Below the pieces are notes generated by a model. That model did not search any database. It saw only the letters and a program-made list of their open reading frames with translations, and was not told the DNA's origin. Positions 1 to 10,826 of a stretch of DNA of 64,000 nucleotides are shown here, in pieces. Both the position numbers and the translations under genes were made by a program. This DNA comes from an uncultured delta proteobacterium (lineage in GTDB: Bacteria > Desulfobacterota > Zymogenia > Zymogenales > Zymogenaceae), in NCBI GenBank assembly GCA_963735595.1, contig CAVTLK010000002.1:672001-736000 (forward strand). The letters are read 5' to 3'. Position 1 is the stretch's first letter. Every line of letters begins with the position of its first letter.

Positions 1-134
1 CGGGCGCCTTCAGCCTGCCTGATGTCCGTCGTTTACGCGCTAATGCATTCCAGATGAATATACGCTGACGGTATGGGGGCCGCGCGCCGCGGCGCGCGGC
101 AATCGTATCGGCCTATTTCGGGTATACGTGAGAG

Positions 135-1043
135 GTGAAAATGATGCTGAAATGGATCCGGTCTGCGATCAGCGAGCTATTCCTTTTCGTCCTCGGTTTC
201 ATCATGACGCGGACTCCTCTCCGGTTCAACCGGTGCTGTTCCGATGCTATTTTTGTCTGCTTCTATCCGTTAATCCGGTTCCTTCTCTCCTACGATAAGA
301 CCCTCAAGAAGAATCTCACCATGATTTACGGCGATTCCATAACGCGGCGGCAGGTCAGGCGCCTCGCCCATTCATGCATGAGGAATATCTTAAGGATGCC
401 GGGAGACATCCTCTACTATGGTTCGCCTAACCACCGCGGGCGTCTTCTCCGGGATATCTCCATTACGGGAACGGAGCATATCGAAGAGGCGCTCAAGAAA
501 GGCAAAGGGGTGATCGGGCTGGGGGCGCACATGACGCACTTCCTCCTGCTCACGGTGAGGCTCGCCCAGTCGGAGCTTCCCTTTGTCGTGCTTACCAAGG
601 ACCCCGATAACCCGGTGATCAGGAAAAAACTGCGCGATTGGCGGAACGCCAGCGGGGTGATATCCATCGACGTCGGCGCCGAGGACAAGGGCATGTCCGC
701 CATTGACAGGGCCTTCAAAGACAACCGGCTTGTCTACTTCATCGCCGACGAGCGCAGGAAACGCAACGCCATGGTCGTGCCGTTTTTCGGAAGGCCTGCG
801 TATACCGCGGTAGGTCCCGCGGTCTTTTCCAAGAAGACCGGCGCGCCGATCGTCCCGATCTTAGTCGCGCAAAGAAACGGGGGCATCTGTGTCGATATCA
901 TGCCGGCGGTCGAAGACAGCTCCACGGGCGATTACCAGGACGATATCAGGATTATCACGGAGCGCGCGAACGTCGCAATTGAGCAGTACATCAGGAAGTA
1001 TCCCGACCAATGGCTCTGGACGAGGCCGCGCTGGAAACCGTAA
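135..1043 (+). CDS. Lipid A/lysophospholipid acyltransferase (LpxL/HtrB-like)
   Basis: KGKGVIGLGAH, VPFFGRPA, PDQWLW motifs of the bacterial lipid A acyltransferase family. Confidence 0.8.
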   Translation: MKMMLKWIRSAISELFLFVLGFIMTRTPLRFNRCCSDAIFVCFYPLIRFLLSYDKTLKKNLTMIYGDSITRRQVRRLAHSCMRNILRMPGDILYYGSPNHRGRLLRDISITGTEHIEEALKKGKGVIGLGAHMTHFLLLTVRLAQSELPFVVLTKDPDNPVIRKKLRDWRNASGVISIDVGAEDKGMSAIDRAFKDNRLVYFIADERRKRNAMVVPFFGRPAYTAVGPAVFSKKTGAPIVPILVAQRNGGICVDIMPAVEDSSTGDYQDDIRIITERANVAIEQYIRKYPDQWLWTRPRWKP

Positions 1044-1085
1044 TAAGCCGTTATTGTTTTGAGTGGACGGTGTAAATCGCTGAAT

Positions 1086-1120
1086 AAAAAACCCCTTCAG
1101 GTTTCCCTGAAGGGGTTTTT
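1086..1120. terminator. Bidirectional rho-independent terminator
   Basis: AAAAAACCCCTTCAGG-tttc-CCTGAAGGGGTTTTT between convergent genes. Confidence 0.85.
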
Positions 1121-1140
1121 GAGTTCTCTTATTTTACCGC

Positions 1141-2535
1141 TTAGAAGTCGTAGGTAAGGACGTTGTTGATCATCCAGATCGGGCCCCATTCCTGGTGGGT
1201 GCCACCGACGTTATAGTCGAACGAATCGCCGGTGAAAAGCACGCCGCCCGAGAAGGTGTAGGTCAGGCCTTCCATGATAACGTACTTCACGCCGAGGTCG
1301 ATCTCCCAGCCGAGGTCCATGCTCCCGTTATACCACGGGGTGTAGGTGGTGGCGGGATTATAGTAATTCATCGGGTGACCATAGGCCCTGGTGGCGCCTA
1401 CCGGCTCGGTCCACTTGGCCCAGATGACCGCCGCGGAGAGCGTGAGCTTGCCGTCGCAGCAGAGCGGGGTGGTCTCGAAGTAGAGCTTGACCGCCGTCAG
1501 GTTCTCGATGTCGTTGGCAAAGCCGAGGCCACGGACCCAGGGGTCGTTCAGGCCGCCGCTGCCGTATCCGCCCGCGATGATGTTGCCGAAGTAGAACGCG
1601 TCGGCGAGTATGTAGTTGGCGTTCCAGACCTCGTCGTCCCAGTCGTTGTCGTTGCTGCCGCTTCCCAGGATGAAGGCAATGCCGGCACGCAGCACGTCGT
1701 TGTGATAGGAGGCGTCGAGGTAGACGTTGATCCCGCCGTTGAACGCGTTATCGACGCCGGGATAATCCTCGCGGCCGAACAGGCCGCTCACCTCGCCCTT
1801 GAGGGTGACCATTTTGGCGATCTCGCCGGTGTAGGTGATGCCCGCAAACCCGAGGTTCGCGTGCGCCCTGGGGGCAGTCGCCCCCCACCCGTGGGATATG
1901 TTGTAGCCCGTCCCGTATTTGACGTAGCCGCCGAAGAGCTCGATGGCGTGGTTCGCGTTCGGGGTGTACTTGAGGTCCAGCGCCCAGATCTCGGAATCGC
2001 GGTTATAGAATTCGCTCGCGCCGCCCGCTATAACGTTGTCGTTCCACTTGAAGTACATCGCGGATACGCCCACGGGGCCCCACTTGTTGGCCCACTTGAG
2101 GCCGTCGAGCTTGCCGAGGCTGTCGGAAAACGCGAGCCCGTACCCGAGGGTCACCGGCTGCTTGCCGACGGTGAACGTCCCGATTGTGGGCACGTTGAAT
2201 TCGAGATACGCCTTCCGAACGAATTCACCGGTGATGCTGTTGTTGATCCTGAAGTTCCTCTGCTGGCCCCAGGTGTCCTCGACGAGGTCAAACTGGACGA
2301 CGGCCTTGAGGAAGTCGCTGCTCTTGTGCGTGATGGTCAGGCGGAACCTCTGGTCGAAGTAACCGGTGTAGAGGCCCCGCTCGGACGTCGGGTCGGTGGC
2401 CTTCTTGTCGAAGTTCCAGTTCGAGAACGCCCTGATCCGGTACTGCCCGTTGAAGGTCGTTTCGGCCGCGAACAACGGGGCCGTGAAGGCGACCGTCAGG
2501 ATAACTGCTACCGCAAGAATTAATAGTCTCCTCAT
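1141..2535 (-). CDS. Outer-membrane beta-barrel/porin (alginate-export-like)
   Basis: Signal peptide, alternating aromatic/Gly beta strands, C-terminal LTYDF. Confidence 0.7.
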   Translation of the reverse strand: MRRLLILAVAVILTVAFTAPLFAAETTFNGQYRIRAFSNWNFDKKATDPTSERGLYTGYFDQRFRLTITHKSSDFLKAVVQFDLVEDTWGQQRNFRINNSITGEFVRKAYLEFNVPTIGTFTVGKQPVTLGYGLAFSDSLGKLDGLKWANKWGPVGVSAMYFKWNDNVIAGGASEFYNRDSEIWALDLKYTPNANHAIELFGGYVKYGTGYNISHGWGATAPRAHANLGFAGITYTGEIAKMVTLKGEVSGLFGREDYPGVDNAFNGGINVYLDASYHNDVLRAGIAFILGSGSNDNDWDDEVWNANYILADAFYFGNIIAGGYGSGGLNDPWVRGLGFANDIENLTAVKLYFETTPLCCDGKLTLSAAVIWAKWTEPVGATRAYGHPMNYYNPATTYTPWYNGSMDLGWEIDLGVKYVIMEGLTYTFSGGVLFTGDSFDYNVGGTHQEWGPIWMINNVLTYDF

Positions 2536-2721
2536 CCAATTACCTCCCGATTCTTTTTACTACATACTACATACTAATGTCGGTATCTGAATACAGTAAT
2601 ACATTGTTGTACTTTTTATCATCTCTATAGCAGCCGTGTCAAGAAAAAAATTAAGATATTCTAATAGTAGCGGTAGGAAAGGCCGTTCTTGCCTCCGGGC
2701 CGCGAAGAGACGCGTGGCGGC

Positions 2722-3390
2722 CTATGTGGCGATATCCCTGATACCGACGATCGTCCTGACGATTTCATCGATGTCGTCCATCTGCTTGATGATACCGATA
2801 TCGGCGGGGGAAATGTTCTCGTACTTCAACACGGTTGAGTTAATCCAGTCCAGGAAGCCCTTCCAGTAGTCACTGCCGACCAGTATGACGGGGAACGGCT
2901 TGATCTTGTGGGTCTGGATGAGCGTGACGGCCTCCGACAGCTCGTCGAGCGTGCCGAAGCCCCCGGGCAGAACGATGTAGGCCAGGGCGTACTTGACAAA
3001 CATCACCTTCCGGCAGAAGAAGTAGCGGAACGAGAGCCTGACGTTAGCATAGTCGTTAGGTTTCTGTTCCATGGGCAGCTCTATGTTGAGCCCCACGGAC
3101 TTTCCCCCGGCCTGGGCCGCGCCCTTGTTGGCCGCCTCCATGATTCCGCCCCCGCCCCCGGTGATGACCGAAATCCCATTTTTTGCAAGCTCTCCCGCAA
3201 GCCGCTCGGCGAGCCGATAATAGGGGTCGTCGGGCTTCACCCGTGCCGATCCGAAGATGGACACGGCCGGCGTCACGTCCGGCAGGGTCTCAAAGCCGTC
3301 CACGAACTCTCCCATTATGCGGAACATCCGCCATGAGTCCTTGGACCCGATGGCGTCGATCAGGTATTGCTTTTCAGAGTTCTTATCCAC
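2722..3390 (-). CDS. LOG family (TIGR00730-type) Rossmann-fold nucleotide phosphoribohydrolase
   Basis: SIFGSAR, TGGGGGIMEAAN, PGGFGTLDE motifs; GTG start inferred. Confidence 0.9.
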   Translation of the reverse strand: MDKNSEKQYLIDAIGSKDSWRMFRIMGEFVDGFETLPDVTPAVSIFGSARVKPDDPYYRLAERLAGELAKNGISVITGGGGGIMEAANKGAAQAGGKSVGLNIELPMEQKPNDYANVRLSFRYFFCRKVMFVKYALAYIVLPGGFGTLDELSEAVTLIQTHKIKPFPVILVGSDYWKGFLDWINSTVLKYENISPADIGIIKQMDDIDEIVRTIVGIRDIAT

Positions 3391-3589
3391 TATCGGTATT
3401 CCTTTAGATAATAATGACTGCGGCGGCCGGTGAGGCGGCGAGTGGGCGAAGGCCACCAATATCCGTATTGTAGTATATCTGCGTACAAAAGGAAATCCTA
3501 ATGTGGATGAGCAGCGGTTTTTTCGGCTTACCGATTGCCGGGCCGGCATTCCTATTGACAATTCGTGCGTTCTGATTTAGGATTTAGCC

Positions 3590-3988
3590 ATGAAGATACT
3601 ACAGAACAAACGGGGGGCTTCCGGCCTCGGCATTCTCGGCTACATCATCGCAGTAATCCTCATCCTCTGGGGATTGATCAATCTCTATTCCCTGGCGGCC
3701 CCCGGCGCGGGCAACCCCACCGGGAGGGTTATCATCGGTCTCGTGTTGATAGCCATCGGCGGCGGGCTCCTCTTCTTCATCCCGAAGTGGGAATCCCGGC
3801 GGCCCCAGCAGATAGAGATGACCCAGAAGATAGACCTGGCGGGAAACGTCAACACCGCGAAACTAAAATGCCAGAACTGCGGGGCCGATCTGGACAAAGA
3901 CAGTGTGGCGGTGAGGGCGGGGGGTATCTTCGTCAACTGCCCCTACTGCAAGAGCGCATACCAGATCACCGAGGAGCCCAAGTGGTAG
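3590..3988 (+). CDS. Two-TM membrane protein with C-terminal zinc ribbon
   Basis: Two hydrophobic segments, CQNC...CPYC. Confidence 0.75.
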   Translation: MKILQNKRGASGLGILGYIIAVILILWGLINLYSLAAPGAGNPTGRVIIGLVLIAIGGGLLFFIPKWESRRPQQIEMTQKIDLAGNVNTAKLKCQNCGADLDKDSVAVRAGGIFVNCPYCKSAYQITEEPKW

Positions 3989-4141
3989 GATGCCGGCCCC
4001 TGACCGGACCGGTCGGTTTATTCCAGCCGTGCGTTCGGTAATCGACCGGGCCTGCGGCGCATGGTACTACCGTTCCTGTTCCCGGGCACTTTCGCCGGGA
4101 TTCGTCGGATAACCGTCTGTATTCATATTGGGGAGTGAGCT

Positions 4142-5744
4142 GTGAATATAAAGAGGGTACTTCGTGTCGTCGCCCTGATATCGGCGGCCGTTGCTTTTTC
4201 CCGTCGCCCCCTCGTTTGCCCAGACCTACTATTTCTCCGTCCCGTCCAACCACTCGGACGTCTTCATCAACCAGGACGGGTCGATCACCATCTCCTACGC
4301 GATCACCTTCGCCAATGATTCCGGGGCTTCGCCCATAGACGTCGTCGACATCGGCCTGCCCAACGACAACTACGACCTGTCCACCGCAAAGGCCTGGATC
4401 GGCGATCAGCCGATCACCGAGATCTACAAATCGACCTACATCGATACGGGTGTGGAGGTGCGCCTGGGGTCCCAGAGCATCATGCCGGGCGCGACCGGCA
4501 CCCTGTACTTCCAGATCGACAACCCCCACATGGTCTACACCGACGACGAGAAGCCGGACTATGCCTCGGTGGAGTTCTCGCCCACCTGGTACGGCTCGGA
4601 TTATACCTACGGCACGACAGACGTCATGGTCAATTTCCACTTTCCCGCCGGCGTAACGGCCGAAGAGACCATCTATCATTACCGACAGTACGACACCTAT
4701 TCGTTCGACAAGGACGGGCGCATCGTCTTTACCTTCCGGGAACCCGCGGGGAGCCCGTCGTCCCAATATATGTACGGCGTCTCGTTTCCCGCGAAATACG
4801 TCACGACCGTCTTCGAGCCGTATCGCCCGCCCTTTATCCTCAAGGTGCTCGAGTTTTTCGTTGAGCATATCTTCCTCTTCTTTTTCCTAGGGATGATCGG
4901 GTTCATCGTTCTCAATCTCTTTCGCAAACGGCAGCGCAAGATGCAGTACATGCCGGCAAACGTGGCCATCGAAGGGGTGGGGATCAAGCGGGGCCTCACG
5001 GCGCCGGAGGCGGCCCTCCTCACGGATACGCCTTTGGCCAAGGTCGTCACGATGATCCTGTTCGGCCTCCTTAAAAAGGGAATCGTCCGCGTGGAGACGG
5101 TGCCGACACCCAAGGTCTTCAAGCTTGACGGCGCCGGGAGCGAGGCGCTGCGGCCGTACGAAAAGGCCTTCCTGGCCTGCGTAAAGGCCGACGGCACGCT
5201 GGACACCGGACCGCTCAAGCCGGTCATGGTGGACATGATTAAGGAAACCAATAAGGCCCTCAAGGGGTTCTCCCGCGCAGAGACCACCGACTACTACCGC
5301 GCGATCGTCGATCTGGCCTGGAAGCACGTGAAGGCCGCCAACACCCCGGAGCTGCTCGGGCAGGAGTGGGACAAACAGCTCGAGTGGACAATGATGGATA
5401 AGGACTACGACAAAAGGATGGAAGATACCTTCGACGGCCGCGACGTGGTGATGCCGAGGTGGTACGGGAACTACTCCGGGCCGGCTACGCCGGCCGAGTG
5501 CGGCGGGCGGCACAGTTTGAGATGCCCGGGGCCAAGCTCGCCAACGATATGGTCATCCTCGGTGGAGGGTTTCTCCGGTAAACTGATAACCAACGTCGAG
5601 AGCTTCGTGACCGGGGTATCGCGGGTGACCAACCCGCCGCCACAGACCAGCAGCGGCAGGAGCTCCGGCGGCGGCGGGGGCGGATGCGCCTGTGCATGCG
5701 CCTGTGCCGGATGTGCGTGCGCCTGTGCAGGGGGAGGGAGATAG
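4142..5744 (+). CDS. Membrane-anchored protein (DUF2207-like architecture) with Cys-Ala repeat C-terminus; apparent frameshifts
   Basis: GTG start after GGGGAG gives a signal-peptide-like N-terminus that shifts frame near 4190; extracellular domain, one TM, cytoplasmic domain, tail GGGGGGCACACACAGCACACAGGGR. Confidence 0.7.
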
Positions 5745-5747
5745 ACC

Positions 5748-7109
5748 ATGAAGATGTTTGACTCGATTGCCGGGCTCTTTACCAGGGAAAAACCGCTCGG
5801 TGCAGGCGTCTACCACCGCCGGGTAACCGGCGAGGACGGAAACAACTATCGGCTCCACCTGCGGGTGGAAGAGGGGGGCGCCGGGATACTCTCGATCAAC
5901 GCCGCCAAGATCCTCCACCTCAACCCGACTGCGGCGGAGCACGCCAAGCTCATCATCGAGGGCATACCGCGGGAGCAGGCCGTCAAAGAGATCACGAGGC
6001 GGTACCGGGTCGGCACGAAACAGGCCGCCGCCGACTATGACAAGCTCATGGACGTCGTCCATGCCCTCTCCTCAACCGACGACGTCTGCCCCATCTCATA
6101 TCTGGACGTCTCCCGCATCGAGCCCTTTTCCACCCCGGTGAGCGCCCCGTACCGGATGGACCTCGCCCTCACGTACCGGTGCGACAACGGCTGCGGCCAC
6201 TGCTACGTGAGCAGGGACCGCAAGGTCGCGGAGATGGATACCGCGTCCTGGAAACGGGTTATCGACCGTCTCTGGGAGATCGGCATCTACCACGTCTCGT
6301 TTACCGGAGGGGAGGCAACGCAGAGAGACGACCTGGCCCGGCTCGTGGCCCATACCCAGGACGTCGGGATGGTCTCGGGGCTGCTGACCAACGGGAGGAG
6401 GCTTTCGGACAAAAAATTCCTCAAGACCCTCGTGGACGAGGGCATCGACTATTTCCAGGTCACGCTCGAATCGGCCGACAGGTCGATCCACAACGCGATG
6501 GTCGGGACCGACGGCTGGGACCAGACCGTCGCGGGCATAAAAAACGCGGCCTCGACGGCGCTCTACACCATCACCAACACCACCATTACCCGGCATAACA
6601 TCAAAACGCTTTCCAAGACCGTCGATTTCATCGCGGGGCTGGGCGTCAACGCCTTTGCCATGAACGGCATCATCTACAGCGGCGAGGCCAAGTCGGGTAA
6701 AGACGCCGTCACCGAGAAAGAGCTCGAAACGGCGCTGCGGGAGGTGTCCGACGCGGCCGCGAGAAACAACCTGCGCTTTATCTGGTACACCCCGACCCAG
6801 TACTGCAAGCTGGACCCGATGGACCTTTCCATCGGGATCAAGCAGTGCACGGCCGGCAAGTTCAACATGCTCATCGAGCCGGACGGGACGGTGCTCCCCT
6901 GCCAGAGCTACTTTGAGCCGGTGGGAAACATCCTGAAGGACGACTGGAAGGCGATCTGGAACCACCCGCTCCTGGTATCGTTGAGGAACCGGGATTTCGT
7001 GATGGAAAAGTGCCACACCTGCGAGAAGCTCGATGTCTGCGGCGGCGGCTGCCCGCTGGAGCTGCAGAAAGACAGCTACTGCTGCCCGGACAGCCTGAGC
7101 AACCCGTAG
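5748..7109 (+). CDS. Radical SAM/SPASM protein with N-terminal PqqD/RRE-like domain
   Basis: CDNGCGHC, FTGGE, SPASM C...PDG...PC...CxxC...CGGGC; LNPTA...Y.V....A..D pattern of the RRE winged helix. Confidence 0.85.
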   Translation: MKMFDSIAGLFTREKPLGAGVYHRRVTGEDGNNYRLHLRVEEGGAGILSINAAKILHLNPTAAEHAKLIIEGIPREQAVKEITRRYRVGTKQAAADYDKLMDVVHALSSTDDVCPISYLDVSRIEPFSTPVSAPYRMDLALTYRCDNGCGHCYVSRDRKVAEMDTASWKRVIDRLWEIGIYHVSFTGGEATQRDDLARLVAHTQDVGMVSGLLTNGRRLSDKKFLKTLVDEGIDYFQVTLESADRSIHNAMVGTDGWDQTVAGIKNAASTALYTITNTTITRHNIKTLSKTVDFIAGLGVNAFAMNGIIYSGEAKSGKDAVTEKELETALREVSDAAARNNLRFIWYTPTQYCKLDPMDLSIGIKQCTAGKFNMLIEPDGTVLPCQSYFEPVGNILKDDWKAIWNHPLLVSLRNRDFVMEKCHTCEKLDVCGGGCPLELQKDSYCCPDSLSNP

Positions 7110-7176
7110 GCGATTCGAAAGGGACCGTGCCCGTCCGGGGTTTCCCAGCGAAGACGAATAAAGCCGAAAAATTACT

Positions 7177-7204
7177 AAAGCCGCCCGGAAGGTGGGCGGC
7201 TTTA
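7177..7204. terminator. Rho-independent terminator
   Basis: AAAGCCGCCC-ggaaggt-GGGCGGCTTT. Confidence 0.75.
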
Positions 7205-7245
7205 TCGTCTGTTTTACCTGATAATCCAGGGCCACGGGGACCCGG

Positions 7246-7572
7246 CTAATAGACCCTTTGCCCGTTGGCAACCTGCCGATCCACCGACAACAGCACTATC
7301 CCCGAGTAGCTGTCCACCCCGAGCACCAGAACCTCCGACCTGACGCCCGCGACCTGCTTGGGCGGGAAGTTGACCACGCAGATCACCTGCCGCCCCACCA
7401 GATCTGCCGTGGAGTAGAGCTTCGTAATCTGGGCGCTCGACATCCGCGTGCCGAGGTCGCCGAGGTCGATCTCGAGGATGTATGCGGGCTTGCGAGCCAG
7501 CTCGTTGAGCCGGGCCGACTTTATCGTCCCCACCCGCATGTCCACCGAGATGAACTCTTCGTAATCTATCAT
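7246..7572 (-). CDS. csaA: tRNA-binding/secretion chaperone CsaA
   Basis: DMRVGTI, SSAQIT, VVNFPPKQVAG.RSEVLVLG. Confidence 0.85.
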   Translation of the reverse strand: MIDYEEFISVDMRVGTIKSARLNELARKPAYILEIDLGDLGTRMSSAQITKLYSTADLVGRQVICVVNFPPKQVAGVRSEVLVLGVDSYSGIVLLSVDRQVANGQRVY

Positions 7573-7667
7573 GGGTTGGCTCCTGGCAGACAATTATGAA
7601 TTGATTGAAATACCTTGTCAAAGGAAAAGAATTGACAGGGGAACAGAAAAGCGGGAATGATAGTCCC

Positions 7668-8428
7668 ATGGCGAACGTCACGGAAGATCGGGAGCTTTCC
7701 TACCTCGGCCTCCAGGCCGGCTGGACAAGGGCCATGCGCGTCCATCTCTACCGCAGGATCGCGCTTATGGCCCGCCGGCGCATCCTTGACATCGGGTGCG
7801 CCGATGGATTGATAACCGCCGAGATCGCGGCGCGGACCCGGGGAGAGGTCATCGGAATCGATATCCGCCCCGAACGGGTCGGCGAGGCCCGCAGGAACCA
7901 CCCGGACATCGACTTTCGGGCGGCCGACGCCCATGAGCTTCCGTTTGACGACGGGGCGTTTGACGCGGTAATCACCAACTTCACCCTGATGTGGACGGAG
8001 CGCCCCGGCCGGGCGATGGCCGAGGCCGCGAGGGTCCTGAAAAGCGGGGGGGCGTTCCTCGCGTCGGGCGAGCCCGATTACGGCGGCAGGATCGACGAGC
8101 CGGGGTCCCTCTCGGCGCTTACCGGGGCCTGGGCCGAATCAATCGGGGCCGACGGGGGCGACCCCTTCTTCGGGCGGCGGCTGAAGGGCCTCCTTGCCGG
8201 ATCGGGCCTTCGGTCGGTGGAGGTCGGGGTAATACCGTCGGTATGGGAGCCATCGCCGGGCGATGAGCTTGAGGCGTACCTGGATTGTCTGAGGTATTTG
8301 TTTTACGGCCGGGTCCCCGGGGGGGGCTTGACATAGACGAGATTATCAAGCGCGAGCGGCAGGCCGCCCGCTCCGGGGCGCGCCTGGTCTTCCTGCCGAT
8401 CTTCTGGGGGATCGGGGAAAAGCCGTGA
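7668..8428 (+). CDS. Class I SAM-dependent methyltransferase (frameshift in G-run near 8320)
   Basis: ILDIGCADG, DAHELPFDDGAFD; plausible C-terminus continues in another frame to TGA at 8426-8428. Confidence 0.75.
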
Positions 8429-8500
8429 AAAGCGATCGCGCCGCCGCGCCCGGCCGGAACTCTCCCGTCATGGTGTCCCGTCCGGCGGGATACAAACCCG

Positions 8501-10826
8501 TCAATCTGCCCTGTCCGTCAGTCTGGCGGGCCTTTCCGGTTGTTTCCTGCGGTTTTTTCTCGGCAGGAACGTCACAAGCCCTGCCGGCAGGAGAAACAGG
8601 TCGCCGAAGATCGCCGTGATCATCGTAATCCCCGAAAGGAGGCCGAAATACGTCGTCGGCCTGAAGCTCGCAAACAACAGGCACCAGAAGCCCAGCACGA
8701 GGGTGAGCGACGTGATGACCGCGGCCCTGCCGGTCGTCCTGAACGTGGTGGCGATCGCCTCCTCGTGGGAGGCGCCCGCCCGTACCTCGTGCCGGAAGCG
8801 GCTGAGGAAATGGATCGTGTCGTCCACCGCGATACCCGTGGCCACCGAGGCGATCATCACCGTTGCGGTATCGAGGTTTATCCCGAACAGGCCCATCGCC
8901 CCCATCGTCATCGCCACGGGGATGATATTGGGGATGATGGAAATCAGCCCCAGACGGACGGAGCGGAGCTGGAGGGCCAGGATGAAAAAGATCACCAGAA
9001 ACGACGTGGTGAACGAGGATATCTGGCTCTGGATTATGTAATCGACCATGTGGACATAGAGCGGTATTATGCCGGTGACGCGCCCCGTCAGCCCCTCGGG
9101 GAGGTTTGCCGAAAAGTAGTCGTCGAACTTCTTGATGAGCCGCTTGGAGGTATTGGAGGTCAGACCTCCCGCCGCGCACGCTGACCCGCAGCTCGGAGGC
9201 GTCGAAGTTGACGAAGTAGTCCAGCTCCCCTTCCTGGGAGGTCTCGTAGAGGAGGAGGAGCTGCGCGACGCCCTCCCGCGAGTCGGGGATGGAGTAACGC
9301 TCCGGGTCGTTGTTGAAGAACGCCATGTTCAGCCGCTTAATAAGATCGGTGGCGGCAACCGAGGTGGAGACGTTGGGATCGGTCAGGACAAAGCGCTGGA
9401 ATTTCTCGACTGCAACGAGCGTCCGGGGGTCGTGGGCGCTGCCCGGCTCCCCCGCGATAACCACCTCAACCGGCGAAATATGCCCGAAGTTCTTCTCGAT
9501 AAAACCGTAGGCGTAGCGCAGCGGCTGGCCCTTTTTGAGATAGTCCAGGTTTTGCGTTTCGACCGTGATCCTGGTGATAAAAAAGACCGAGACGGCAAAG
9601 AGGAGCGCGCCGACGATAAGGATAGGCACCGGGTGCCTCAGGTCGAAACGGCAGATAGCGGCGGTGAGCCGGTCGATGATGCCGCCGGCGCGGTGGGCTT
9701 TCGCCCGCGGCTTAGGCCTCGGCATCAGGCTCAGCGCGATCGGGACAAACGTGACGTTGAGGATATAGGCAATGGAGAGCCCCAGCCCGGAAAAAAGGCC
9801 GATCTCGCGCAGGGGAACGATCTTGGCAAAGAGAAATGAGGAAAACCCGACGATGGTCGTTATGGCGGTCATCAGGCATGGCGTCCCCAACAGGCCGATT
9901 GTCTCAACGACAGCGGCCCTCCGATCCATACCCGCACCGATATCGTCCAGGTAGTGGCTGGTGATGTGGATGCTGTCCGATACGCCGATGACCATGACGA
10001 GGGGGGGCACCATCGTGGTGATCAGGCTCATGGTAAAGCCGAGGGCGTTGTATATCCCCATCGAGATGATGACGCTGGAGGCCATCGAAAGGGTGGATAG
10101 GATCGACGTCGACCAGCGACCCATCAGGAAATACAGGACAAAGATGTTAAGGAAGATGGTCAGGGGAATAAAGACGTTGAGATCCCGGAAGGTGAGGGCG
10201 TTCATGTCCACGTTGAGGACGGGGATGCCGGCGACGTAAAGGGTATCGCCCCACAACGTTTCGTATTTCTCCGCGACCGCCCGGACCTCGCCCACGATAC
10301 GGGGCCGCTCCTGGTCCATGGAGCCGGCCTGTTCAAGCCGCGCGGTGATGAGGGCGGTTGTGGCGTCCTCCGAAATCAGCGTCCCGATAAAAAGCGGGTT
10401 ACTGAAGACGCGCGTTCTGAGCTCGGCTAACTCCTTGTCGGACCGGGGGATTTCACCGGTTAGCTTTTCGATTACGATGCCGTCCGTTGTCCCCCAGACA
10501 TCGACCGAATCGGTAATGCTGGCGACCCGCGAGACCCCGTCGATCTTCGCCAGGTCGGTCCCGATGTCGCGGATGATCTCGAGGTCGCGCGTATTGAAAA
10601 CGCCCCGCTCGTCCTTAAGAGCGATCACGACGAACTCGTCGCCCCCGAATGTCTCCTCGAACCGGTCATAGTCGGCAAGGTTCGGATCGTCGCTGACGAA
10701 ATAGATGCGGACGGCGTTGTTGATCCGCATGTCCCTGGCTTCGTGGATCGAGAAAGCCAGGATGACGATAAAGGCCGCCAGGATCGGCCAGCGCCACGCG
10801 AGCACCAGCTCGGCGAATTTCTTCAT
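8501..10826 (-). CDS. MMPL/RND-family transporter (frameshift near 9140)
   Basis: Two repeats with GVSDSIH / GIAVDDTIHF motifs split over ORFs 8346..10826 and 8501..9049. Confidence 0.85.

Noticed and set aside
1195..2523. Long antisense ORFs (also 6096..7271, 32811..34442, 37294..38571, 38878..40068)
   Set aside because: Shadow ORFs opposite well-supported genes in GC-rich DNA, with no recognisable motifs.
5471..5749. Minus-strand AQAHAH repeat ORF
   Set aside because: Antisense of the Cys-Ala tail.
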